This document shows positions 51,022-59,141 of a stretch of DNA of 64,000 bases, piece after piece. The notes under the pieces were generated by a model, which worked only from the letters and a program-made list of their open reading frames with translations, had not been told where the DNA came from and ran no database searches. The stretch spans positions 124,001-188,000 of IMG/VR virus record IMGVR_UViG_3300044972_002389; one strand, 5' to 3'. A program made the position numbers and the translations under genes. Each line of letters begins with the position of its first letter. Position 1 is the stretch's first letter.

Positions 51022-51840
51022 ATGAGCAAGGACAGTCTTGGCGACAGGATGAAGCTGCTGGAACAGCAGGAAACTGATCGACGCTTCCTGTTCAGCTTGC
51101 CCATCTATGCGCGTATTGACGGACGGGGCTTCAGCAAGTTCACCAAGGACATGGAGCGACCTTACGACACTGGCATGACCACTAGCATGATCGAAACCAC
51201 TCGAACCTTGGTGGAGAAAACCCAAGCTACTCTCGGGTATGTTCAAAGTGACGAGATCAGCTTGGTGTGGGTGCCCACAGGCAATGGCCATGGTTGGTTT
51301 GATGGCAAGATAACCAAGATGACCAGTGTGCTGGCTGGCCTGGCCACAGCAGCATTCATTGAGAATGTTATTCAGTATTTTCCCAACTGGCAGCAGCTGG
51401 TGCTCCGCCTGCCGCACTTTGATGCAAGAGTCATCAGCATGCCCAGTTTGAGTGAGACGGCGAACATGTTACTTTGGCGCAATCTTGATTGTGCCAAAAA
51501 TTCCGTGAGCATGGCTGCCCATCACTATCGCAGCCACAAAGAGCTGCAAGGCCTAGATCAAAAACAGCAACAGGAACTCATTTGGCAAAGTGGCGTCAAC
51601 TGGAGCTCATATCCCGCAGCATTCAAGCGAGGAACTTGGGTACGTCGACGTGTAGTGCAACGCACGTTGAATGACTCTGAGCTGGGGTTGATTCCGGAAA
51701 ACTACAGGCCAGATCCCGGCACACTGTTTGCCCGGAGCGAGGTGCAAAGCTATGATCTGCCTCCTCTCAATCGAGTCACAAACCGAGTGGCTGTGCTGTT
51801 TGAAGACGCACCGCCTGAATACAAAACAGATAACCCTTGA
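51022..51840 (+). CDS. tRNA-His guanylyltransferase Thg1-like 3'-5' polymerase
   Basis: LGDRMK, RIDGRGFSKFT, YVQSDEISL, FDARV, FKRG. Confidence 0.9.
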   Translation: MSKDSLGDRMKLLEQQETDRRFLFSLPIYARIDGRGFSKFTKDMERPYDTGMTTSMIETTRTLVEKTQATLGYVQSDEISLVWVPTGNGHGWFDGKITKMTSVLAGLATAAFIENVIQYFPNWQQLVLRLPHFDARVISMPSLSETANMLLWRNLDCAKNSVSMAAHHYRSHKELQGLDQKQQQELIWQSGVNWSSYPAAFKRGTWVRRRVVQRTLNDSELGLIPENYRPDPGTLFARSEVQSYDLPPLNRVTNRVAVLFEDAPPEYKTDNP

Positions 51841-51864
51841 CATACTCTCTGCCACTGCTATAAT
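51837..51864 (+). promoter_or_regulatory. sigma70-type early promoter
   Basis: TTGACA-N16-TATAAT preceded by TGC. Confidence 0.85.
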
Positions 51865-51889
51865 CCGCGCATACAAAGGAGACAGGTTG

Positions 51890-52834
51890 ATGGGCAGCTG
51901 GAACGAAACTTGTGGGATCACACGCTTGCCCATCCATTCAGGCGATCCTGTGGTGCTGATCATGTTGAGCCAGGTCACTGACTCTGGTGGTGCTGATGGC
52001 GCTTGCTATGCCAGCCACTACTGGAAGCCCTATGCGCTCCCGCTACGTGCAGTCTACAACGACTACGGTGGTATTGAAGATGTGGGCACAGAGTGGAATC
52101 AACGCTGGATCCTGGGCAAAACTCGCGAAAGCATGGAGAGCATGCCAGAGGGAGAAAATCCCTACCACGAGCCCGCTGTGGATCCACTACAGCTTGACAG
52201 CATGGAAACCCTCATGGAGTGGATTCGATCTGATCGGGTGTGGGTGAGAGGTGCTCGCAATCCCCGGGGCGGTGGGCATCTCCTGGGCTGGACCATGTGC
52301 CACGCTTGGGCATGGGACCATCTAGCCCAGCAGAGTGAACACTGGAATGGCGATGTGACCACACTGGAGATGAACTACAAGCGGGGTCAGGAACGCTACC
52401 GCAGCCTCTTCAAGCTGGCACAGGATCACCCGGATGGTATGAACTTTGAGATGGCTTATTGGCGCTGGCGGGACACCCACTCCCTACGGGATCACTGGGC
52501 TGCCTTGCTAACTGGAGGCAGCAGCTTTGAAAGCTATGGTGGTGCCACAACTGGCATCCGCTCTTACGCTGATCTCATGCGGCTGTGGGCAGTGGCAGGA
52601 CGTGACGTCGATCATCCCGAAGTTGACGACTTTCTCCGGGAGATGAGTGCCTTTCTGTTGGTATCAGACAACATGTGTGGACTGCGCATGACATGGCACC
52701 CGCAAACTGGCAAGGGCAGTCAGTGCGCCGAATACCCTCTCTACAAAAGTTTTTTTCTTCGCTGCCAGCAGCATGTGGACCTGATGCTGAACGGTGGCGA
52801 CGATGATGACTGCGACACTGATGACACTCTATAA
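51890..52834 (+). CDS. conserved hypothetical phage protein
   Basis: AAGGAG RBS; MGSWNETCGIT...YNDYG. Confidence 0.75.
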   Translation: MGSWNETCGITRLPIHSGDPVVLIMLSQVTDSGGADGACYASHYWKPYALPLRAVYNDYGGIEDVGTEWNQRWILGKTRESMESMPEGENPYHEPAVDPLQLDSMETLMEWIRSDRVWVRGARNPRGGGHLLGWTMCHAWAWDHLAQQSEHWNGDVTTLEMNYKRGQERYRSLFKLAQDHPDGMNFEMAYWRWRDTHSLRDHWAALLTGGSSFESYGGATTGIRSYADLMRLWAVAGRDVDHPEVDDFLREMSAFLLVSDNMCGLRMTWHPQTGKGSQCAEYPLYKSFFLRCQQHVDLMLNGGDDDDCDTDDTL

Positions 52835-52858
52835 CCTCAAAAACAAGGAAACCGTGCT

Positions 52859-53275
52859 GTGAACAACCTCAGCCTTCTCATCTACCTTGCTGGCGTAACA
52901 GGCAGTATTGGTAGCTTTCTGGTATTTGTTGCTGTTCTGTTTGGATTTGGAATAGCAGTCTGCGGTGTCGTTTGGGTCGTAAGTCTTGACGCTACCAATT
53001 TCCGCACTGTGGAATATGCCAATCACGTCAAAATCCACAGCTGGCGCTGGCTTTGGGCGTTTTTGGTGCTGATGATTTTTGTTGGTAGTGTGTCAGCACT
53101 GGTGCCCAGCCGACAGACAGTGCTGCTGATTGCTGGCAGTGAGATGGGCGAGCGAGTGCTCAATCACCCACGCTTCAACCAAGTTGTGGATCCTGGACTA
53201 GAGCTGGTGACAACCTGGATGCAAAAAGAAACGGCTGAGATCCGCCGGAGCATGGATCCTACCAAAAAGCAGTAA
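52859..53275 (+). CDS. membrane protein
   Basis: Two to three TM segments; PSRQT motif. Confidence 0.75.
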   Translation: MNNLSLLIYLAGVTGSIGSFLVFVAVLFGFGIAVCGVVWVVSLDATNFRTVEYANHVKIHSWRWLWAFLVLMIFVGSVSALVPSRQTVLLIAGSEMGERVLNHPRFNQVVDPGLELVTTWMQKETAEIRRSMDPTKKQ

Positions 53276-53279
53276 TAGG

Positions 53280-54107
53280 CTAGCCCAGCTGGCCCAGGCT
53301 GGTGACAAATCCCGGGCGCCCGGGCTGGTTGTGCAGGATGAACTCGCTTTGTCCTGCACGATCGGTTATCCAGATGATGCTGTTAACAGGTATGTCAGCT
53401 TGCAGGACTTTCTCAAGCTTGCGGTCTCTCTTTTGCAACAGCTCAGTGATCCAAGTTTGGTCTTCTCGGAACTGCTCCTCTAAATCGTCCCCATCAGTTA
53501 TCATGTCACCATCGCTGTCAAAGATGTGATAATAATAAGGGTCTAGGTCAGGGTCATTGGTGGGCTCATCAGTGCGCACATATTGTTTCCCTCTCCAAGT
53601 GACTTTGCCCTTTTGGTTATACTCTTGCACTGCTTGTTGAATAGCCTGATCAGTTATGGGCTTGACCTTCATGAGCCTGGGATCTACTCCTGCAAACCAA
53701 GCTGCAACGCGGGGGTCACTTGTCCAGCTGAGTGTGTGCCGGGGACCACCTTTGTCACCCACAGGGGTTTGAGCTCGATAGAGACGTATGGTGTCGCCAA
53801 ACTTCCTCCGCAAGGCCGCTTGCACTGGCCTAAAACTCTGCTCCAGGCTGGCTCGGATCCGTTGGCCCCGCTCACTTGGCTGTGGGCTGTAGGCATCTTC
53901 CAGTTGAGCACTTTTCATGATTCCGCCCCACATGCCCTTGTTTTGGGCATCCGGTGGCACTCCTACAAATCCCTCTAGGGCATCAGCAGCCTCTCCGGTC
54001 AAACTGTCATCAGCTTGGTCCACTAGATTTTTGATGCCCAACTGCTCAACGCTGATGTTGGAGAAGCTTTCCCGTAGGATCCGGGGATTGAGATCTGTTA
54101 TACGCAT
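53280..54107 (-). CDS. Putative ADP-ribosyltransferase-fold late protein (Alt-like, possibly head-packaged)
   Basis: R-S-E-like motifs IRLYRAQ, LSWTSDPRVAAWFA, QSEFIL; N-terminal MRITDL..ILRE; TAAATA upstream. Confidence 0.55.
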   Translation of the reverse strand: MRITDLNPRILRESFSNISVEQLGIKNLVDQADDSLTGEAADALEGFVGVPPDAQNKGMWGGIMKSAQLEDAYSPQPSERGQRIRASLEQSFRPVQAALRRKFGDTIRLYRAQTPVGDKGGPRHTLSWTSDPRVAAWFAGVDPRLMKVKPITDQAIQQAVQEYNQKGKVTWRGKQYVRTDEPTNDPDLDPYYYHIFDSDGDMITDGDDLEEQFREDQTWITELLQKRDRKLEKVLQADIPVNSIIWITDRAGQSEFILHNQPGRPGFVTSLGQLG

Positions 54108-54111
54108 GGGA

Positions 54112-54117
54112 TATTTA
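54112..54117 (-). promoter_or_regulatory. late promoter TAAATA
   Basis: 4 nt upstream of the ATG at 54107. Confidence 0.55.
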
Positions 54118-54129
54118 CGCAAAAAATGG

Positions 54130-54158
54130 TTGACAGGCCAGCCTCCTTGTGCTACATT
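54130..54158 (+). promoter_or_regulatory. sigma70-type early promoter
   Basis: TTGACA-N17-TACATT preceded by TGC. Confidence 0.75.
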
Positions 54159-54183
54159 CCTTACTGTAAACAAGGAGGCTGCT

Positions 54184-54378
54184 GTGAGCGATGAACCCCA
54201 ACTGGATGGCATGATCCCACTTTCTGCCCTAGCAGATTTCCTCCGTGATCATCTCACCGTTGAGGTGGAGGTGTATGAGGAGAACTACAGCCAAGGCTAC
54301 GTTACCACTGAGGTCACCATTAAGTTGGGTGACATTGTGATCACCAGGGGCTCGGACAACCACAACTACACGCGCTAA
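54184..54378 (+). CDS. hypothetical protein
   Basis: AAGGAGG RBS, GTG start. Confidence 0.7.
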   Translation: MSDEPQLDGMIPLSALADFLRDHLTVEVEVYEENYSQGYVTTEVTIKLGDIVITRGSDNHNYTR

Positions 54379-54403
54379 CAGGCGATTTTTTCAGAACAAA
54401 TGG

Positions 54404-54432
54404 TTGACAGGGTGGTCAACCCATGCTAGTAT
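54404..54432 (+). promoter_or_regulatory. sigma70-type early promoter
   Basis: TTGACA-N17-TAGTAT preceded by TGC. Confidence 0.7.
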
Positions 54433-54460
54433 GCCTACATAAGCTAAAGGACGTAGAGAG

Positions 54461-54655
54461 ATGCAAGTTTCCGAGCTGATTGAACGGCTGCAAACCTTGA
54501 AGGAGCAGCACGGCGATGTTCCTGTGATGGTAGGCAATGACGATGGCGACGTATGGGATTGCATTATTGCTACCCATTATGTAACAGAGCAAGATGAGTT
54601 TCCCAGCAACTGGAACATGCCAGAAGGCTTTGAGTTTATCAAGCTCAGCAACTGA
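54461..54655 (+). CDS. hypothetical protein
   Basis: MQVSELIERLQ...HGDVPV phage small-protein pattern. Confidence 0.7.
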   Translation: MQVSELIERLQTLKEQHGDVPVMVGNDDGDVWDCIIATHYVTEQDEFPSNWNMPEGFEFIKLSN

Positions 54656-54667
54656 AGGATCAAGATC

Positions 54668-55096
54668 ATGGACATCACTGCATTTGGCAAGACCCAACCG
54701 CTGGAACAGCATCTTTGGGAGATTGCCAACACCCGGCGAGATGAGTTTCCCAAGGATGTGATCAACCTCATGCTGGCAGCCTACTCTGTCATCGAAAGCC
54801 AAAAGATTTTCATCCAGCAAGGTGACGAGCGTGAGGCTCGGATAAACACCCAGCTCAATGCCAAGCTGGACCAACTGCTGAGTTGTGTGGATCAGCCTCG
54901 TTGGTTGGTGCAGGGCACGGTGAGCGTGAGCCACTACATGCAAGATGGGCGCGAGCAGAGAGTTGAGACCCTGGTGGTGCTGGCTGACACTGAGCAGGAA
55001 GCCTGTGACAAGTTTGTGGCTCATTGGGAGAGCAAGACCTCAGAATATGCCGTCTACTACACTGCCTGGGCTGACAAGGCCCATCAAACTGGTTGA
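54668..55096 (+). CDS. hypothetical protein
   Basis: AAGGA RBS. Confidence 0.7.
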   Translation: MDITAFGKTQPLEQHLWEIANTRRDEFPKDVINLMLAAYSVIESQKIFIQQGDEREARINTQLNAKLDQLLSCVDQPRWLVQGTVSVSHYMQDGREQRVETLVVLADTEQEACDKFVAHWESKTSEYAVYYTAWADKAHQTG

Positions 55097-55120
55097 CACT
55101 GACTAGAGTTATGCTACAGT
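55093..55120 (+). promoter_or_regulatory. sigma70-type early promoter
   Basis: TTGACA-N16-TACAGT preceded by TGC. Confidence 0.75.
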
Positions 55121-55148
55121 GCCAGAGACAGAGTAAGGACCTTTGCCC

Positions 55149-55310
55149 ATGACAGTAATCCGAGAAACATGCGAACTTTGTGAGCATAACAGGCTCTGCT
55201 ATTGCAGATCATGTGATTTGAGTGGCGAGCCCAACCCAGAAGCTTTCACCAGAAATGAACTGGTAGAGGCACTAATCTCCTACTACAGGGCCCCAAGGAC
55301 CGCTGAGTAA
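55149..55310 (+). CDS. small Cys-rich protein (53 aa, not in the ORF track)
   Basis: MTVIRETCELCEHNRLCYCRSCDL...; AAGGA RBS; TAATG overlap with the next gene. Confidence 0.6.
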   Translation: MTVIRETCELCEHNRLCYCRSCDLSGEPNPEAFTRNELVEALISYYRAPRTAE

Positions 55311-55702
55311 TGAAACTTCTTCGATTCCGCGAGAAGCATGGCGATCGAGTTTTCCTTTTCAAAACCAAAGAGGAACTTCAGCTGATCCTAGCGCAGGTTG
55401 CACAGGAAAGGCTGGACGAAGGCTATTGGTATGACACTGAGAATGGCAGTGATCAGGTTGACAGGCTGTGGCCCATGCGGCATCTCAGTGATGCGGACAA
55501 GATCGCACTTCTGCTCAAGAGGCTGCACGACCCTTCTGCCCGGCCCAACACCAACCCTACCAGCTATTATCTGCACCAGGTTGCGCAATGGATGCGAGCT
55601 CGCCGGGACTATGAGTATGAGGGCTGGGATGAACTGCCTGTCGAACAGTGTCAACTCACCCACTACGAGGGCAGCGTGCGTCGCACCAGCTCTGCAACAT
55701 AG
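55310..55702 (+). CDS. hypothetical protein, paralog A
   Basis: Clear colinear similarity to 56220-56633. Confidence 0.8.
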   Translation: MKLLRFREKHGDRVFLFKTKEELQLILAQVAQERLDEGYWYDTENGSDQVDRLWPMRHLSDADKIALLLKRLHDPSARPNTNPTSYYLHQVAQWMRARRDYEYEGWDELPVEQCQLTHYEGSVRRTSSAT

Positions 55703-55713
55703 AGGTTGATATC

Positions 55714-55901
55714 ATGAAAACACTGGCTAGGTTTGGTGTTTGAATGGAGTGTGGACAAGAACAATGTGCTGTGGATCAGCCCAAACCAAACTCGCAAGCA
55801 AGCTTTTTTTTGATCAACATCAAGCGGAGATCCAGCGCCTCACTCGGGAGGCTATCCAATCCATCTCTGCCAAAATCATTGCGGTGAACAACAACCCATA
55901 A
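55714..55901 (+). pseudogene. Disrupted region: MKTLARFGV* stub plus a downstream frame broken at a T8 run (55804-55811)
   Basis: Stub resembles MRTLARFAI at 56643; LVFEWSVDK...QAFF joins DQHQAEIQ...NNNP* if one T is removed. Confidence 0.5.
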
Positions 55902-55907
55902 GAGTCG

Positions 55908-55935
55908 TTGACAATCGTCTGTGGTGTGCTACACT
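55908..55935 (+). promoter_or_regulatory. sigma70-type early promoter
   Basis: TTGACA-N16-TACACT preceded by TGC. Confidence 0.75.
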
Positions 55936-55964
55936 AGGCACAGGAAACAAATGGGAGACATGCT

Positions 55965-56192
55965 GTGAAGAAACGTGTTGTTGTCACTTTGGAACTGATT
56001 TACGACCATCCCGAGACTGTGACAGTGCGTGGCAAACAGGTGGCCTATCCCTTTGATGTAGGCTATGTGTTGAGCGAGATCAAGGGCACGCTAGAATGCA
56101 GCGACTATGGTGTTTGGGGCCTGCAGAAGGTGAACGGCGGCTGTGTGAGTCACCTGCAACTTGTGCTAGCTGACGACATTGTTGACGAGTAA
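55965..56192 (+). CDS. hypothetical protein
   Basis: GGGAG RBS, behind a promoter. Confidence 0.6.
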   Translation: MKKRVVVTLELIYDHPETVTVRGKQVAYPFDVGYVLSEIKGTLECSDYGVWGLQKVNGGCVSHLQLVLADDIVDE

Positions 56193-56219
56193 TTCACTCA
56201 TCACACAAGGAACCCTCTG

Positions 56220-56633
56220 ATGCGACTGATTCGATTCCGCGAGAAGCATGACGACCGTGTGTTTGTTTACTCCACAGGATTGGAGAAGCAGCTGATCCTT
56301 GCCCAAGTGGCACAGGAACGCTTGCAGGACGGCACTTGGTATGATGATGAGAATGGCAGCGATCAAGTTGATCTCCTCAAGCCCAAGACTCATCTCAGCG
56401 ACGCGGAACGGATTGGCCAACTGCTGGAGAAGCTCTTTGATCCCAGCAACCGTAGCGATGCTAGCAAGGCATACAAGCTAGGTGAGCTCACTTATTATCT
56501 CGGCCTGGTCGAGCGTTGGATGGGTGGCCGCAGGCACTATGAATACGAGGATTGGGACGAGCGACCGGTTGACGCCCTAGAGCTCAAATGCCACCAAGGC
56601 AGTGTGCGCCGTAATACCAACCGGGAAGATTAG
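56220..56633 (+). CDS. hypothetical protein, paralog B
   Basis: Shares RFREKH, QLILAQVAQERL, ENGSDQVD, HLSDA, YEYE with 55310-55702. Confidence 0.8.
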   Translation: MRLIRFREKHDDRVFVYSTGLEKQLILAQVAQERLQDGTWYDDENGSDQVDLLKPKTHLSDAERIGQLLEKLFDPSNRSDASKAYKLGELTYYLGLVERWMGGRRHYEYEDWDERPVDALELKCHQGSVRRNTNRED

Positions 56634-56642
56634 GAAAACACC

Positions 56643-56963
56643 ATGCGAACTCTAGCCCGCTTTGCCATCCGCCCTGCTGACAACCAGTATTCAAAGGGTG
56701 ACCTTATCCTGGGCGCCATGTGTGAGGAACACGCCACCAACCTTCTCAAGCCCAACCATGTGTATGAGATCCGCGAGATTGATGGTGTGCTCACTATAGC
56801 GGACATGGGCGAGAGTGCCATGGGCATGTATCCTGTTGAAGCCCGGGTAGACAGTCCTCTGAGGGGGCAGGTATCGCGTGTGGGTTGGTTCAACGAGATA
56901 GGCCATTTGTTGAGCGTGGGCGATGGCCAGCACTTGGTGACCCGAGAGGAGATAGGCAGGTAG
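56643..56963 (+). CDS. hypothetical protein
   Basis: AGGA RBS. Confidence 0.7.
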   Translation: MRTLARFAIRPADNQYSKGDLILGAMCEEHATNLLKPNHVYEIREIDGVLTIADMGESAMGMYPVEARVDSPLRGQVSRVGWFNEIGHLLSVGDGQHLVTREEIGR

Positions 56964-56981
56964 GCTGCGGGGAAAAACTGG

Positions 56982-57009
56982 TTGACAGCGCCCTGCATCG
57001 TGCTATAAT
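56982..57009 (+). promoter_or_regulatory. sigma70-type early promoter
   Basis: TTGACA-N16-TATAAT preceded by TGC. Confidence 0.85.
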
Positions 57010-57035
57010 GCGCACACAAGCAAGGAGCCGACCTT

Positions 57036-57590
57036 ATGAGCCGCGGAAAATATAGCCCTGCAACTCCTCGCAAGAACAGTGACGCACGCATGAAGCTCGA
57101 CGCGGTCGAACAGTTCGATCGCAACGCCTATGGTGAGGTTCCCTCTCCCTACCAGGCAGGGGTTGACCAATATGATGAGAAGATCCATTTCGTCAACTAT
57201 GACGAGTGGGGCTACGACAGCTATGGCTACTCGGCCTGGCTTGAGGATGGCACGTTTGTTGGCCTTGGGCAAGGTGTAGACAGGCTGGGCTACACTGAGG
57301 ATGACTACATCACCATGAGAGATGATGAGTGGGAGGATGTGTGCTGGAGCATTGATCCTGCGGTGTTCAAGCTTCCTTGCCCTGGTATCACACTCCGCCA
57401 AACTCCCCGGGCCATTCTCAGCCAGCTTGAAGGAGAGATTCAGCATATTTTGAACCGTGCTGAGGATGAGATCAAAAAGGCAAAAGAAATAGGGTATCAC
57501 ACCGAACTGTTTCACCAGCAAGGTCGACAGAGTGCTGCCAACGAGCTGCTTAAGGTTGTGGTTCGCCTACAGAAAGAACAAAACGGTTGA
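57036..57590 (+). CDS. hypothetical protein
   Basis: AAGGAG RBS; YDEWGYDSYGY...GVDRLGY. Confidence 0.75.
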   Translation: MSRGKYSPATPRKNSDARMKLDAVEQFDRNAYGEVPSPYQAGVDQYDEKIHFVNYDEWGYDSYGYSAWLEDGTFVGLGQGVDRLGYTEDDYITMRDDEWEDVCWSIDPAVFKLPCPGITLRQTPRAILSQLEGEIQHILNRAEDEIKKAKEIGYHTELFHQQGRQSAANELLKVVVRLQKEQNG

Positions 57591-57614
57591 CAGCCCCTTG
57601 AGCTGTGCTATAAT
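57587..57614 (+). promoter_or_regulatory. sigma70-type early promoter
   Basis: TTGACA-N16-TATAAT preceded by TGC. Confidence 0.85.
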
Positions 57615-57641
57615 GGGCATATAGAGACAGGAGCACGGGAC

Positions 57642-58055
57642 ATGAGCAAGAAACTGGAAGTAGGCGACGTGTTTGAGGCCTGCAAGAACATGAGTGTTTA
57701 TGCCAAAATCCCCAGCCACTTTGCCTATGTCAACCGGCCCAACGATCCCACTCCTGCAAAAACTGAGGTGCGAGTGGGATGCCTCATGTGGCGAGACGAT
57801 CATGCACTGGATCTCGGCTACCTCAAGGGTCGCTATGTGGTGGAGCATGCTCGGAGTGAGGGCGGCGGCACTGGTCACGGACCCCATGACATTTACCCCG
57901 ACGGTTGGCACATCCGGGCTCGCAAGCTGAACGTAGATGGCAGCTACAATGCCACTGGTGTAGAGATCGAGTTCTACCAGAGCGGTGCGTTCACTGTGGT
58001 GAACAAGGATGTGCCCGTGGTAGGCAAGCTGCACCGGATTTTTGTGGCTGAATAG
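57642..58055 (+). CDS. conserved hypothetical phage protein
   Basis: GGGTGHGPHDIYPDGW...IEFYQSG.F. Confidence 0.75.
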   Translation: MSKKLEVGDVFEACKNMSVYAKIPSHFAYVNRPNDPTPAKTEVRVGCLMWRDDHALDLGYLKGRYVVEHARSEGGGTGHGPHDIYPDGWHIRARKLNVDGSYNATGVEIEFYQSGAFTVVNKDVPVVGKLHRIFVAE

Positions 58056-58067
58056 ACAAAAAAGCGG

Positions 58068-58095
58068 TTGACAGCAGGCCAAACCCTGCTATAAT
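58068..58095 (+). promoter_or_regulatory. sigma70-type early promoter
   Basis: TTGACA-N16-TATAAT preceded by TGC. Confidence 0.85.
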
Positions 58096-58123
58096 GGGCA
58101 CACAGAGAGAGGAAGCAACACCA

Positions 58124-58378
58124 ATGTTCAAGTTCGAGCTGGACCAGACTGTCTACTATCTCATGGACAACCGGGTGTGCAGTGCTCCGGTGTTGTGCCG
58201 CATGCTGGTGGAGAATCAGCATCCCAAGTGGAATGCCACCGACAAGCAGGCGGAGTTTTTCCAGCGTTTTGGTCCCTGCCGTGTGGTGTATGCCACCTGC
58301 CATGGAGAGCATGAAGAAGCCATGCTGTTTGAGAGCCGCGAGGCACTGGCTGCTGCCATCATTGCGGAACAGATCTAA
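58124..58378 (+). CDS. hypothetical protein
   Basis: GAGGA RBS. Confidence 0.7.
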   Translation: MFKFELDQTVYYLMDNRVCSAPVLCRMLVENQHPKWNATDKQAEFFQRFGPCRVVYATCHGEHEEAMLFESREALAAAIIAEQI

Positions 58379-58617
58379 TGACTGCTGAAGGAAAAGTGCT
58401 GTATCAGCGGAATACAATGGGCTATTGGATCTTGCGACATCCATCAGGGTTGTATCCTGTTGATACAACACAGGGTTTTTGGAGTAATCATAGGGTGGCA
58501 GCCATGAGATTCCACACAAAAGAGGAAGCTGATGCCTGTGCTGCCTATCTCTCCACGAGTGTTATAAGCGGGATCAAATGTAACATGCTCTTGGTGGAGA
58601 TGTTGTTTCAGATGTAA
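58378..58617 (+). CDS. hypothetical protein
   Basis: TAATG overlap. Confidence 0.55.
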   Translation: MTAEGKVLYQRNTMGYWILRHPSGLYPVDTTQGFWSNHRVAAMRFHTKEEADACAAYLSTSVISGIKCNMLLVEMLFQM

Positions 58618-58657
58618 ACAACGCTTTTGGTATCAATATCTAACCCACGGGGTAATT

Positions 58658-59134
58658 ATGAACGGCGCCGGACATGCAGACTACTGTAACATACGAATCA
58701 GTCGAGAAGGGCTAGCACGCGGCAAGCTCGAGCTAGTGCATCGATATGTAATCTACTTTGCACGACAGTATGTGACTGATTATCTTACAGGAACTGTAAG
58801 CGGAGCACATCTCAAGATTGGCCAAAGCACTTTGTTCAATTCGCTGCAACGTGGCCGAAACCAAGCGGGTGGTGATTTTAGAATTCTAGCTGAGCTGTGT
58901 TTTCAATCAGCTGATGCTGCCAAACAGGCAGAAAAATATGCTCATTATCTTTTCATGAACGATCAGGTACGCGGTCCGCAAAATCAGCAAGAATTGTTCA
59001 ACATCCCTGATCAAGATGTTGAAACCCGTGCAAAGGCGCTGATTGCCTATTGCACCACCAACAATGATCATCCGTTGCCTTTTGTTGAGGCCCTGTTGTT
59101 TACAGGCGGACAAGAAACCGTGGATATTATCTGA
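58658..59134 (+). CDS. hypothetical protein, weak T5orf172/GIY-YIG-like pattern
   Basis: YVIYF...LKIGQS...R..Q...AE..AH..F...ELF. Confidence 0.45.
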   Translation: MNGAGHADYCNIRISREGLARGKLELVHRYVIYFARQYVTDYLTGTVSGAHLKIGQSTLFNSLQRGRNQAGGDFRILAELCFQSADAAKQAEKYAHYLFMNDQVRGPQNQQELFNIPDQDVETRAKALIAYCTTNNDHPLPFVEALLFTGGQETVDII

Positions 59135-59141
59135 GGCAGAC

